From NCBI GenBank assembly GCA_963844035.1, contig CAWJMT010000001.1:32001-96000 (forward strand): a stretch of 64,000 bases of DNA, given 5' to 3'. The DNA comes from an uncultured Gemmatimonadales bacterium. GTDB taxonomy: Bacteria > Gemmatimonadota > Gemmatimonadetes > Gemmatimonadales > GWC2-71-9. The position numbers and the translations under genes were made by a program. Shown piece after piece: positions 40,838 through 52,407 of the stretch. The notes under the pieces are model-generated. The model saw only the letters and a program-made list of their open reading frames with translations. It was not told the origin of the DNA and did not search any database. How positions within the stretch are numbered: the first letter of the stretch is position 1; each line of letters opens with the position of its first letter.

Positions 40838-41790
40838 CCGCACGGCCTGTACTTGTTCTTTTGCTGCTTTGCGCGTGCAGGGCAATGCCCGTGCCTACGG
40901 CCGCTCGTTACCCGGCAGGCACACCCTTCGTGGCGCGCTACATCCGAGTCGACGGGACCAACATCCGCTACATCGACTCGGGCCGTGGCACCCCCGTGAT
41001 TTTCCTCCACGGCCTCGGCGCGTCGATATACGCGTGGCGCAGCACTGCCCCAGCCGTCGAGGCTGCGGGTTTCCGCGTGCTGGCGTTCGACAATCGTGGC
41101 GCGGGGTTCTCGGAGAAACCGGCGCACGGCTATGGCAACGCGGACTACGTGCGCCTGCTGATCGCCTTCATGGATTCCCTGCACCTGCCCGACGCGGTCC
41201 TGGTCGGGCATTCGATGGGCGGCGCGATCGCCGCTGAGTGCGCCATTCTGCATCCGGGCCGAGTGCGCGGCATGGTCCTCCTCGACGCGGCAGGGTTTGG
41301 CGTGCGGCAGCCATTGGGGCTGCGCATCGTCCGCTGGCCCGTCGTGGGGGCGATCGCCTCGGGGCTCAGGAGCCGATGGATCACCGAGCGCCTGCTCCGG
41401 TCCACGTTCGCCGATCCACGCCGCGTGCAACGCGAGGACGTGGACCAGTACTACGCTCCAGTGGCGGAACCAGACTTCGGCCGTGCGCTCCGCGGGATGT
41501 TGCGCGAGTTCCGGTTCGACGCGCTGCCGGGACGGCTGGCAAGCGTCCAGGTCCCGACGCTCGTCCTGTGGGGGGAGCGAGACGAATGGATCCCCCCGAT
41601 TGTGGGGCGTGCATTGGCTGCAGAGCTGCCCCGGGTTGCCTACCTGGCAGTGCCCAACGCCGGCCACGCCTTACCCGAGGAAGCCCCACACGAGGTGAAT
41701 CGTCTTCTTGTCGGTTTCCTGAAGAATGGGGTCCCTGCCCCCCCACCCGACCTGGCCGCTCGACGTTCTAGTCCGAACGGCAGATACTAG
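40834..41790 (+). CDS. Alpha/beta hydrolase (probable lipoprotein)
   Basis: FLHGLG, DNRGAGFS, GHSMGG, WGERD, AGH; ATGA overlap with trmB. Confidence 0.92.
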   Translation: MTARPVLVLLLLCACRAMPVPTAARYPAGTPFVARYIRVDGTNIRYIDSGRGTPVIFLHGLGASIYAWRSTAPAVEAAGFRVLAFDNRGAGFSEKPAHGYGNADYVRLLIAFMDSLHLPDAVLVGHSMGGAIAAECAILHPGRVRGMVLLDAAGFGVRQPLGLRIVRWPVVGAIASGLRSRWITERLLRSTFADPRRVQREDVDQYYAPVAEPDFGRALRGMLREFRFDALPGRLASVQVPTLVLWGERDEWIPPIVGRALAAELPRVAYLAVPNAGHALPEEAPHEVNRLLVGFLKNGVPAPPPDLAARRSSPNGRY

Positions 41791-41819
41791 CCGCGAGATT
41801 GCTTTCGGAGTACGTTTCT

Positions 41820-41835
41820 TCAACCAGACGGTTGA
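41820..41835 (+). promoter_or_regulatory. Palindrome TCAACC-agac-GGTTGA upstream of tetR (putative auto-operator)
   Basis: 6-bp arms that overlap the SD GAGGA before GTG 41847. Confidence 0.6.
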
Positions 41836-41846
41836 GGAAACTACCA

Positions 41847-42440
41847 GTGCCGCCCAAGTTGAACAACACCAGAGCATTAGCGATCGTGGCCGCGGCTCGC
41901 GAGGAGTTTTCTAAGCGGGGATTCGATGGTGCGCGGGTGGAGCGGATCGCCCGCCGGGCGCGGGTCAACAAGCAGCTCGTATTCTACTACTACCACTCCA
42001 AACGGGGGCTATTTCAGGCGGTCGTGTCCAATGCGGCCCGCAGCTTGGAGGAGGCGCTGGCGCGGGTCAGCGTCGGGGAGGGTCGGCCCGTGGTACGGCT
42101 GCGGGCGGCACTCGACGCCCAATTCGAGTTTCTCGTACGCAATCCTGACACGGTCACGCTCCTGATGCAGGCGGGACGATCCGAATCCCGGCCGTTCGCG
42201 CCTGCGATCGGCCGTCTGGTGGTCCTCCTGGCAGAGGGGCAGGGCCTGGGCGAGGTGCGGGATGATCTCGATCCGCACCTCGCAGCTGCTCAGGCGTTGG
42301 TGCTCATGATTGCATACCTGGGGCTCGAAGCCCTCATCGCGACGAGCGCCCGCCCGTTGGGAAGCGACGAGCCGGCGCTCGCTCAGCGCTGGAAGGACGC
42401 CGCGCTGCGGCTCGTGCTTGAGGGAGTGACAGTGCGCTAG
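41847..42440 (+). CDS. TetR/AcrR family regulator
   Basis: [44 protein letters not shown]. Confidence 0.92.
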   Translation: MPPKLNNTRALAIVAAAREEFSKRGFDGARVERIARRARVNKQLVFYYYHSKRGLFQAVVSNAARSLEEALARVSVGEGRPVVRLRAALDAQFEFLVRNPDTVTLLMQAGRSESRPFAPAIGRLVVLLAEGQGLGEVRDDLDPHLAAAQALVLMIAYLGLEALIATSARPLGSDEPALAQRWKDAALRLVLEGVTVR

Positions 42441-44868
42441 TTCTTCGAGACCATCCGGGGCTCGACTGGAGCCAGGGGGTCGTCGAACAGGAGTTGCCCG
42501 GCTTCAAAGCGGGCACCACGCAGCGCGAGTGAGAATACCTCGCCCAGCTCCTCCACCAGATGGATGGTGAGCGCCTTCCGGACATCCTCGGGCAGGTCCT
42601 CGAGGTCGGCGGCGTTCTCCTTGGGCAGAATGATTTCGTGGAGCCCCGCCCGCACCGCGCCCAGAACCTTTTCTTTGACGCCGCCGATCGGCAGCACGCG
42701 GCCGCGGAGCGTCGTCTCACCGGTCATGGCGACGTCGTGCCGCGCCGGGCGCTTGGAGAGCGCCGAGACGAGAGCCGTGGCCATCGTCACACCTGCGGAG
42801 GGTCCATCCTTCGGAATTGCGCCTGCCGGCACGTGGATGTGCACGTCGGTGCCGTTCAGCACGTCCTGCGCGATGCCGAGCTGCTCGGCGTGAGACTTCG
42901 CGTAGGTGAGCGCCGCACGAGCGGACTCCTTCATGACGTCGCCCGAGCTGGCCCGTGAGCACCAGGTCGCCTTTGCCACGCATGACGCTGGCCTCGACGA
43001 ACATGATGTCGCCGCCGACCGGTGTGTAGTACATGCCGGTGGCGACGCCGATCTGGTCCTCGTGCGCCATGCGCTCGGGGTGCACCTTGGGCCGACCGAT
43101 CAGGTCGTGCACGTGTCTCCGCCTCGACGACCACGCGCTCGACCTCGCCCGCGGCGATCTGCCGGGCGACTTTGCGACCGAGCTTGCCGATTTCCCGCTC
43201 CAGCTGGCGCACGCCCGCCTCGCGAGTGTAGCTCGTGATCAACTCGCTCAGCGCCTCGTCGGGCAACGTGAGCTGCTCGGAGGTGAGGCCGTTCTCCCGC
43301 ACCTGGCGCGGTACGAGGTACCGCTTGGCGATCTCGAGCTTCTCGCGCTCCGTGTAGCCCGCGAAGCTCACCGTCTCCAGCCGGTCGAGCAGCGGGGCCG
43401 GGATGGCCTGCAGGAAGTTCGACGTCGCGACGAACAGCACTTCGGACAGGTCGAACGGCACGCCGATGTAGTGGTCGGTGAATGAGTCGTTCTGCGCCGG
43501 ATCGAGCACTTCGAGCAGTGCCGCGGCCGGATCGCCCTGGAACGAGACGCCGAGCTTGTCCAGCTCATCCAGCAGGAACACGGGGTTCTTCGCGCCCGCC
43601 TGTTTCATTCCCTGGATGATCCGGCCCGGCATCGCGCCCACATAGGTGCGCCGATGGCCACGGATGTCCGCCTCGTCGCGCGCTCCGCCGAGGGAGATCC
43701 GGACGTATGGCCGGCCCATGGCGCGCGCGATCGACTTGGCGATTGACGTCTTACCGACGCCCGGCGGGCCGACGAAGAGCAGGATGTGCCCTTTGGGCTG
43801 TTTGTCGTCCTCATTGCCCGGGGCCGCGCTGGCGACTTCCTTCTGGCGCAACTGGCGGACCGCGAGGAATTCGAGGACCTGGTCCTTGACCTCCGACAGT
43901 CCGAAGTGGTCCTGCTCGAGAATCTCCGCGGCGCGCTTCAGGTCGAGCGATTCCTCCACCCGTTTGTCCCACGGCAACTCCGCCATGGTCTCGAGGTAGG
44001 TCCGAATGACCTGTGCCTCCATGGAATCCCGGCTCGCCCGCTCCAGCCGGGAGAGCTCGCGATCCACTTCCTTGCGAGCGGCCTCAGGGAGCTGAATGGC
44101 GAGGAAGCGCTTGCGCAAATCCTCTACCTCGGTCGCCTCGTCTTCTTCGCCCAGCTCCTTGCGGATCGCCTTCATTTGCTCGCGCAGCAACATCTCACGC
44201 TGCCGCTCGCCCAGCTCCTCCTGCACCTGAGACTTGATCTCCTCCTGCGCGTCGGCCACGCCGATCTGGCGTTGCACGTGCACCAGCACGCGCCGCAACC
44301 GGTCTTCCACCGAGAGTGTCTCGAGCAACGCCTGCCGGTCGACCGGCTTGACGTCGAGATATCCCGCCACGAGGTCGGCAAAGCGGCCGGCGTCGGTCAC
44401 GCCGTCGAGCACCTGCTTCACCACGTCTTCGGGAAGACCCGACTTCTGCCCCAGCTCCGCGGCCCGTTGCCGCGTCTCGCGGTACAGCGCCACAAACGCC
44501 GCGTCCTCCGCGTTCAGCGGCGGAAGCTCCTCTGATTCGCGGATGTCGGCTTCGAGATGCCCCTCGACTTCGCGATATTGGATGACCGCACCCCGCACGT
44601 CGCCGTGCAGCGACAGCTGCACGCCGTTCGAGCCACGTTGCACCTGGCCGATACGCGCCACCGTTCCGATACGGTGCAGCCCCGCGGGGGACACAGCGTC
44701 AACGTTCTCCCGCTGCATCACTGCGAAGATGCGACGGGACGGGCTCTTCAGGGCGGTTTCAATGGCGTGCAGGGTGGCAGGACGCCCCGCCCCGATCGGG
44801 GCGGTGACTCCGGGGAACAGCACGATGTCCCGGAGGGGCAGCACGGGTAAGGTCATTTTCTCGCTCAT
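42437..44868 (-). CDS. lon: ATP-dependent protease La (indels near 42945 and 43115)
   Basis: [56 protein letters not shown]. Confidence 0.97.
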
Positions 44869-44918
44869 CAGCGCGCTCGCAGATCTGAGGAATGGATGCA
44901 CGTGCGTGTGCCCGGAAC

Positions 44919-44935
44919 AGCATCACCCGTGCCAA
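44919..44935 (-). promoter_or_regulatory. Putative sigma54 promoter of lon (TTGGCACGGGTGATGCT)
   Basis: GG-N10-GC spacing; perfect TGGCACG -24 box; ATGC in place of TTGC at -12. Confidence 0.6.
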
Positions 44936-45097
44936 GAGAAACCCCAGTATAGAAGGTGTCGTTCCCATCGTCATCACCGCCAATTGGGCAGCGGCTGCCG
45001 TTCGGGCCGGGGAGGCGGGCGACGTCCGGTACAACTGGCAGTTGCCGCCAACCTGGTCGACGACTACATCTATGCGTCGAAGTCCCTCTGGAGCGCC

Positions 45098-46936
45098 ATG
45101 CACGAGGCTGACAAAGCGCTCGCCGCCCGTTTGACCGAGGCGCTTGGCGGCTCCTACACGATCGAAGGAGAGATCGGTCGTGGGGGCATGGGCGTGGTGT
45201 ACGGCGCCCGTGACGAGCGATTGAAGCGCAAGGTTGCGATCAAGGTGCTTCCCCCCGAGCTGGGCTTCCGCGAGGAGATCCGCACGCGCTTCCTCCGGGA
45301 GGCGGAGACCGCGGCCCGCCTGAATCATCCGCACATCGTGCCGATCCACTCGGTGGGCGAGAGTCCCGATCGCCTCGTGTACTTCGTGATGGCGTTCATC
45401 GATGGCGAACCGCTCTCAGCCAAGCTCAAGCGCAGGGGTCGGCTCCCGCCCGAGGAGGCGCGGCGCATTCTGATCGAGACGGCCGATGCGCTGGGGGCTG
45501 CACACGCGCTCGGAATCATTCATCGAGACGTGAAACCCGACAACATCCTGCTCGAAGGAAGTCGCGGGCGGGTTGTCGTCACTGATTTCGGCATCGCGAA
45601 GGCCCTGTCGTCCACGACGGGCGGGGCCACTCTGACGGCGACCGGCGTCGCAATCGGCACGCCGCACTTCATGAGCCCCGAACAGGCCGCGGGCGACCGC
45701 GAGATCGATGGTCGCTCGGATCTGTACAGCCTCGGCGTCGTCGCGTATCAGATGCTGGCCGGCGAGCTCCCGTTTCACGCACCAACGGTGCCCGGGATAT
45801 TGATGAAGCAGATAACTGAGCGCGCACCGCTGCTCACGGATAAGCGTCCCGACTGCCCGGAAGATCTTACCGCCGCAGTGATGCGATGCCTGGAGAAGGA
45901 CCCGGAGGAGCGCTGGCCGACGGCCGACGCGTTGCGTCGGGCGCTTGAGTCCCGGAGCGCGACGTTGTCGCGGCCCCCTGCTGTTGCGGCTGCCTCCTCC
46001 CGGGCCCAGCGAGCCCCGGCAGCCGCGGCGCCGTTGAGCCGCCACGACGCACGACAGGCCAGGCGACTGGAGCGCCTGGAGCGACGGCAGCGGCGTCATC
46101 AGGTCCCTGCCACCGGTGAGCCCGTCATCGTGCAAGACGCGCGTGCCAGTTTCGTGCGGTGGGCGTCGGCCAGCGGTTCGTTGCTCGTGTTGGATATCGT
46201 CACGGGCAGTCACTTCCCAACCTGGTCGCCGATCGTTGCAGGCGTCACAGCGGCGGTTTCCCTGGTGCCGAAATCCGTGCAGCTCTGGCAGGCCGGATAC
46301 TCCTGGCGCGATGTGCTCAATCGGCCACCCGCAGCGGACGCAGTCGAAGCGCGGGTCAGACCGGGCAGCAACCAACGGCGGGAGCTGCCCGCTCCAACCG
46401 CCGACGAGTTCGGAAGCCAGCAAGCGGTGGTGCAGCAGGCGCGCAGCGACCGGCTGGCGATTCTCAAGGCGCTCGAGAAGCTCCCTGCCTCGGAGCGGAA
46501 CCTGCTCCCCGACGTTCAGGCCACCGCTGATGCCCTGCTCAAACGCACGGAGGAGCTCGCGCGCGTGCTGCACGCGATGAGCGCCGACGTGGAGGAAGGG
46601 GCCGTCACGCGACTCGACGCGAAAATCGCGGTCGCCGAAGCCGGGGCCCCGGCGCCGGAGCGCGATCGCCAGCTCGGTCTACTCCAGCGGCAGCGGCAGG
46701 CGCTGATGAGCCTGCGATCTCAGCGGCGCGAGGTGGTACAGCAGCTCGAGTCGTGCGGGCTAGCGATGCAAAACGTGCGGTTCGACCTGTTGCGGCTGAA
46801 GGCGGCGGGCGTGGCCGCGGTGCTCGGTGATCTCACGCAGGCCACGCAGCAGGCCCGGGCGCTTTCGCGCGACGTGGACCACGTGATCGCTGCGGCCGAG
46901 GAGATTCGCGAGGCGCTCGGCGGGACGCCGCCCTAG
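45098..46936 (+). CDS. Hanks-type Ser/Thr kinase with TM segments and helical C-terminal domain
   Basis: [38 protein letters not shown]. Confidence 0.93.
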   Translation: MHEADKALAARLTEALGGSYTIEGEIGRGGMGVVYGARDERLKRKVAIKVLPPELGFREEIRTRFLREAETAARLNHPHIVPIHSVGESPDRLVYFVMAFIDGEPLSAKLKRRGRLPPEEARRILIETADALGAAHALGIIHRDVKPDNILLEGSRGRVVVTDFGIAKALSSTTGGATLTATGVAIGTPHFMSPEQAAGDREIDGRSDLYSLGVVAYQMLAGELPFHAPTVPGILMKQITERAPLLTDKRPDCPEDLTAAVMRCLEKDPEERWPTADALRRALESRSATLSRPPAVAAASSRAQRAPAAAAPLSRHDARQARRLERLERRQRRHQVPATGEPVIVQDARASFVRWASASGSLLVLDIVTGSHFPTWSPIVAGVTAAVSLVPKSVQLWQAGYSWRDVLNRPPAADAVEARVRPGSNQRRELPAPTADEFGSQQAVVQQARSDRLAILKALEKLPASERNLLPDVQATADALLKRTEELARVLHAMSADVEEGAVTRLDAKIAVAEAGAPAPERDRQLGLLQRQRQALMSLRSQRREVVQQLESCGLAMQNVRFDLLRLKAAGVAAVLGDLTQATQQARALSRDVDHVIAAAEEIREALGGTPP

Positions 46937-49054
46937 TACTGCGTGCAGCTCGCGCAGGGCCTGCGCGAGATCATCCACCTGGGGCAGAATAAAGTCTTCC
47001 AGATCGGGCGCGTACGCCACGAAGGTGTCCGTCGAGGCGACGCGCCGGACAGGAGCGTCAAGCCACGGAAACGCCTCGTCGGCGATCCGCGCGGCGATCT
47101 CCGCCCCATATCCCCACGAGAGCGAATCTTCGTACGCCACCAGCACGCGACTGGTCTTGCGCACCGACGTCATGATCGTGTCCCAGTCGACGGGCGACAG
47201 CGTGCGGAGATCGATCACTTCGACGCTCACCCCGTCTTTTTGCTCCACCTCCCGCGCCGCCACCAGGGTCCGCTGGACCACCGCCCCGTAGGTGACAACG
47301 GTTATGGCGGTGCCAGGCTTCACGACCTTGGCCTTCCCGAACGGGATCATGAAGTTCGGGCCGGGATTGGCCGACTTGTTGTACGTCTGGCGGTAGAGGT
47401 GCTTGTGCTCGAGGAACAGGACCGGATCGTCGCAGCGAATCGCCGTGCGCAGCAATCCGTTCGCATCGAGTGCCGTGGACGGGCACACCACCCGGAGGCC
47501 GGGGATAGCGGTGAACAGCACCGCACCGGTCTGCGAATGATAGATCGATCCGCCCTTGAGATAGCCGCCGTAGGTGCTACGGACTACCACCGGACAGCTG
47601 AAGGTGTTGTTGGAACGCCAGCGCAGGGTGGCGAGCTCGCTGCGCATCTGGTGGTACCCAGGCCAGATGTAGTCGAAGAATTGGATCTCCACGACGGGCT
47701 TGAACCCACGGATCGACATGCCGATCGCCCGGCCGATGATGCTCGCCTCGGCGAGGGGGGTGTTGTACACCCGGTCGCCGCCGAACTCGCGCTGCAATCC
47801 CCATGTGACCTTGAAGACGCCGCCCTTCCCCTTCACCTCGTCGAGGTTCCGCTCCCGGCTGAGATCGGCCACGTCCTCACCGAACACGACGATGCGCGGA
47901 TCGCGGGCCATCTCGTCCCGAAGGCACCCATTCAACAGGTCAACCATGGTCGTCGGGTCGCCACTGAGCTCGGGCGCGTCCTCGGTGTCGAATGCGCGTG
48001 AGGTCGGATCGACGGTGGGAGAATAGACATAGTGGAGCGCGGTCTCGGGCTTGGGCTGAGGAGACGCAAGCGCCAGGTCGACCGCGACGAGGATTTCGTC
48101 TTCTACCTCGCGTTTGATGGCATCGAGCTCGGCCTCGGTGGCAAGCCCCTCCGCCAAAAGCAGAGCCGGGAAGGTGACCACGCAATCGCGCTTGGCCTCG
48201 TGCTCCCGCTCACGGGGGGGCTTGTACAGCACCTCGTCGTCCGAGAGGGAGTGTGAGTAGGGGCGGGTGACATGGGCGTGGACCAGGGCCGGACCCTTGC
48301 GCTGCCGGCAATGCGCCGCCGCCCGCACCAGGACGTCGTAGGAGGCCAAGGGATCACACCCATCTACCTCCTCCAGGAAAAGGTCCGGGAAACCGCTCAC
48401 GAGCTTGGAGATCGACCCACCGGCGGTCTGCACTTCGACGGGGACGGAGATCGCGTAGCCGTTGTCCTCGATCAGGAACAGGAGCGGCAACCGACCGTTG
48501 CTCGCGGCATTGAGCGCCTCCCAGAATTCACCTTCGCTGGTCGATCCCTCGCCGCCGGAGCAATAGACGATCTCGTCGCCGTGGATCGGCTTGTCAGTGA
48601 TCGCCTCGATGCGCCCGTAGGCCAGAGACGCCTCCGCACTTCCCACGGCGTGGAGAAACTGGGAGCCCGTGGGACTCGACTGATTGACGATGTGCAGGGC
48701 CTGATTGCCCCAATGCGACGGCATCTGCCGGCCGCCCCCGCTGGGATCGTCGGCCGCCCCGACGGCGGCCAGCAGCATCTCGGTCGGGGTCACGCCGAGT
48801 GCCAGGCAGAGGGCGCGGTCCCGATAGTAGGGATAGAACCAGTCATACGAGGGGCGCAGGACCTTCGCGGCGGCCGCCGACACAGCTTCGTGGCCGGCGC
48901 CCGAGATTTGGAAGAACGTCTTGTTCTGGCGCTTGAGCTGGATTTCCCGGTCATCCATGCGGCGTGAGAGCAGGATGATCCGGTACATCGCCAGGAGTTC
49001 GGGCTTCGAAAGGGCTTTGGCCGCTTTGGGCTGGGGTCGGGTGCGGGTGACCAT
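46933..49054 (-). CDS. 2-oxoacid dehydrogenase E1, fused alpha and beta subunits (indel just before the stop)
   Basis: [18 protein letters not shown]...DN (TPP motif), HSLSDD, GEDV, NTPLAE, EIQFFDY, HSQ, EHK. Confidence 0.93.
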
Positions 49055-49159
49055 CGCGACGGGAAAGATAGCTTACTTCGCCGCACCTGACGCGCGTGGC
49101 CGCGCGACGGCGCGCCGTCCATATTCCGGGCCGACCCCACACCACGCGGGAGACCGCTC

Positions 49160-49642
49160 GTGAACGACGCAGCGAAACAAACAGTACTCCGTTCCTTCCC
49201 CTACGGCCTGCACGCCGTCACCGTGGCGCACGGCGGCGAGGAACACGGCATGACCGCCAACTGGGTGACACAGGCCTCGTTTACGCCGCCGATGGTGGCC
49301 GTGGCAGTCGAGAATTCGTCGCGCACCATGGGCCTGATACGCGATGCCCGGCACTTCGTCCTCAACGTCCTCCAGGAGGGCCAGCGTGAATCAGCCGGCA
49401 AGCTGGCGCGCTCCTCGGTGAGCGCGCCGCACAAGCTGAAGGGGATCAAGACAAAGCCCGCTCCCCGGTGGGGCGGGCCGGTTCTCGCGGATGCGCTGGG
49501 GTGGCTCGAGTGCCGTCTGGTCGCAACGCTGCCCGCGGGAGACCACACCCTGGTGCTCGGCGAAGTGGTCGAGGCAGGGGTCGAGCGCGAGGGCGCTCAC
49601 GTCCTCACCCCGGAGCAAGCCGGGTTGTCCTACGGCGGCTAG
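49160..49642 (+). CDS. Flavin reductase family protein
   Basis: FPYGL...GMTANWVTQASFTPP; LECR...AGDHTLVLGEV. Confidence 0.9.
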   Translation: MNDAAKQTVLRSFPYGLHAVTVAHGGEEHGMTANWVTQASFTPPMVAVAVENSSRTMGLIRDARHFVLNVLQEGQRESAGKLARSSVSAPHKLKGIKTKPAPRWGGPVLADALGWLECRLVATLPAGDHTLVLGEVVEAGVEREGAHVLTPEQAGLSYGG

Positions 49643-49646
49643 GTCC

Positions 49647-49916
49647 TCAGCGCAGCCTGGTGATGCGGCGCAGACTCTCGAGGGTGGCGAGAGGATCGGG
49701 CGCCGGATGCTCGCCGGGCCGCCCGGCGGGCGCGGGGAGTGCAGTGAGGGTATCGCGGATGTCGAGCAGGACTTCGAGCAGGAGCTGTTCGCGCTGGTAA
49801 GCCGCATCGAGATCCAACATCCGCTTGTCGTCGCCCGCCTGCTTGGCACGCTCGTAGGCCTCCCGATAGATCGACTCCAGGTTGGCGAAGATGCGCTCGC
49901 GGGGGCGGACGGTCAT
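49647..49916 (-). CDS. Hypothetical 89-aa helical protein
   Basis: Coupled (ATGA) to the DUF1015 gene; natural composition. Confidence 0.65.
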   Translation of the reverse strand: MTVRPRERIFANLESIYREAYERAKQAGDDKRMLDLDAAYQREQLLLEVLLDIRDTLTALPAPAGRPGEHPAPDPLATLESLRRITRLR

Positions 49917-51162
49917 GGGGCGGACGCAGGACCAAGTCCGCTCGGCACCTTGGGCACAAAGTACGTGGACTTGGGCGGCATGACCCCTCCCGAGTCGGCG
50001 ACGGCGAACACCTGCTCAACGCGGGTCGGGTTGACGAATACTGCCGCCGCGGCTCCACCGTGCGGACGGCGGCGAACGCCGCGTGGGCGTCCGCGGAATA
50101 GCCGAGGGCGGGCGTCGTCGTGCCCGCACCGAGAATCGCCCGCACCACGAGCGCCTCCACGCGCGCAATGTCGAGCGCGCGCACGGCGGGGGTCTTACCG
50201 AGCTCGGGCACAGCATCGAGGTCGGCATCGGGCTTCAAGACGAGGCTCAGGTCCTGTTCCCCCGGGAACGTCACCAGGCAGGCGGTGCGCTCCCGACCTA
50301 GCTCCGCCAACCGTTCGATCCTGTCGGCGCACGGGGCCACGCGACCGACATCGAAGAACTGACGCCATGCGACGATCAACTTCGCCGGGTCCGGACTGGC
50401 TCCGAAGATGATGCGGTGCGTCGGCAGGATCGTGAGCCCGGGGTCGGTGGCGGGAACGACCAGCGCCAGGACGCGATCTGCCGTCGGATGCGCCCGGGCG
50501 TAGGCGACAGCCGTCTCATAGCGGTGGTGACCGTCCGCGATGTACAGCGGCCCGCGGCTCGCTAGGCCCGCGAGCTGCTGGGCGGCGGCACCGGCCACTA
50601 CCCATAGCTGGATGTCGACTCCATCCAGCTCGGCGCGCACCTCCGGTGGGCCCGCCGCCACCCGGTGGAGCGCCTGCTCGAGGGCCCGGTCGGCGTCGGG
50701 CGCAAGCAGAAAGATCGATTCCAGGCTCGTGCGCGTCGCTTCGAGCAGCGCCAGGCGATCGGCCTTGGGAGCGGCGTGGGTCCGCTCGTGGGGACGCACC
50801 CGGCCGGCCGTGAATGGCTCGGCCGCGACGCCTGCGAACATCCCCAGGCGCGTGCGCCGTTCGCCGGTGGGAAGGGCGTACCCCTGCGCGACGACGTACA
50901 CGCTGTCTGCGGCGTCCCGCCGAAGCACGCCCTCGCGTCGCCAGGCGTCCAGCAACAGGGCGGCGCGCGCGTAGCGGTCCTCCCCTTCAGGCGCTTCCGG
51001 CAGAATCAGGTGCACGATATTGTGGGGGTCCCGCGTCGCGTAACGACGGCGGTCCTCCGAAGCGATCACGTCGTAGGGTGGCGCGAGGACAGGGCCGACA
51101 TTCGTAGCGGCGTAGCGCTCGCCGCGAAACGGCAGGACGAGAGGCGGCGACTCGGCGTTCAC
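49913..51162 (-). CDS. DUF1015 family protein (indels near the 3' end)
   Basis: [44 protein letters not shown]. Confidence 0.9.
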
Positions 51163-51179
51163 GCTGAAGGAGGCTCCTG

Positions 51180-51500
51180 GTGTCTTTTCGCGACGCGCAG
51201 CAGACGGTCGATCAGTGGATCGGCCAATATAAGGAGGGATACTTCCCTCCGCTCACCAATCTGGCACGTCTCACGGAGGAGGTGGGTGAGCTCGCCCGCG
51301 AGATCAACCATCGTTTCGGCGAGAAGACCAAGAGGAAGGACGAGCCTGAAGGGTCGCTGGCCATGGAGCTCGCCGACATCCTGTTCGTCGTGATCTGTCT
51401 CGCCAACTCCCAGCGCATCGACCTCGATCAGGCGTTCGGAGCAATGATGGCGAAAATCAATGCCCGCGACGCGGACCGCTGGACCAAGAAGGAACGGTGA
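51180..51500 (+). CDS. MazG-like nucleotide pyrophosphohydrolase (YpjD-like)
   Basis: YFPPLTNLARLTEEVGELAR...ELADILFV; SD AGGAGG. Confidence 0.92.
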   Translation: MSFRDAQQTVDQWIGQYKEGYFPPLTNLARLTEEVGELAREINHRFGEKTKRKDEPEGSLAMELADILFVVICLANSQRIDLDQAFGAMMAKINARDADRWTKKER

Positions 51501-52407
51501 CCTCTTCATAGATTCGCTGGTAAGACGCCAGGCGATCCGGATCGAAGGCACCATCCTCCGCGGCCTTGCGCACCGCACACCCCGGCTCAGTGAGATGGCG
51601 GCAGTTGTCGAACCGGCAGCCGTCGAGGAACGGGCGAAACTCCGGGAAACACGCGCCCAGGCTTTCCGGGTCGAGTCCCCACGTCCCCACCTCACGCAGC
51701 CCCGGCGTATCCACCACGTATCCGCCCCCAGCCCCCGGGGCCCCGATCACACCCGCGAGCGGTACCAATAGCGCGGCGCGGGTGGTGTGCTTGCCCTTGC
51801 CCCACTTCTCATTGACCTCGCCAATCCGGAGGTCCAGTCCTGGGTGGAACGCGTTGATCAAGCTCGACTTACCGACGCCGGACGGTCCGGTGAGCACGGA
51901 AGCCCGCCCGCGCAGCAGGTCCCGGAGAGCTGCCAGGCCCGTCAGTGCCTTCACGGACGTGGGAAGCACCTGATAGCCCGCCGGACCGAACCGCCGTTCG
52001 CAGACGCCGAGGGCCCCCTCGTCCAATTCGACCTTATTGAGGACGACAACGGCGGGAATCCCATTCGTCTCCGCGATCACGAGGAAGCGATCGAGCATCC
52101 GCAGGTTCGGCTCCGGATCCTTGGCCGCCGCCACGACGATGACCTGATCCACGTTCGCAGCGATCGGTTGCGCGCGACGCCCGACCCGTCCGCCGGCCGA
52201 CGCACGGCGCGCGAGCACCGACTTGCGGGGACGAACGGCGGTGATGACGACGTCGTCGTTCGACGGCTCAAATTCGACCACATCGCCTGCGACGACGCGG
52301 CCGTCATCCTTGTGCTTGAGCTTGCCGCCCAGGACCGCGGTGACTTCGCCGGTATCGGTCTGAACGCGGAACGTCGAACCCGTGCGGGCCAAGATCACGC
52401 CGGTCAT
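51457..52407 (-). CDS. rsgA: Ribosome small subunit-dependent GTPase A
   Basis: ANVDQ, NKVEL, GPSGVGKSS, GKHTT, DTPG, CRFDNCRH.EPGC. Confidence 0.95.
   Translation of the reverse strand: MTGVILARTGSTFRVQTDTGEVTAVLGGKLKHKDDGRVVAGDVVEFEPSNDDVVITAVRPRKSVLARRASAGGRVGRRAQPIAANVDQVIVVAAAKDPEPNLRMLDRFLVIAETNGIPAVVVLNKVELDEGALGVCERRFGPAGYQVLPTSVKALTGLAALRDLLRGRASVLTGPSGVGKSSLINAFHPGLDLRIGEVNEKWGKGKHTTRAALLVPLAGVIGAPGAGGGYVVDTPGLREVGTWGLDPESLGACFPEFRPFLDGCRFDNCRHLTEPGCAVRKAAEDGAFDPDRLASYQRIYEEVTVPSWSSGPRRGH

Noticed and set aside
44234..45097. 900-aa version of the kinase ORF
   Set aside because: The N-terminal extension is antisense to lon and intergenic DNA; the kinase starts plausibly at ATG 45098.
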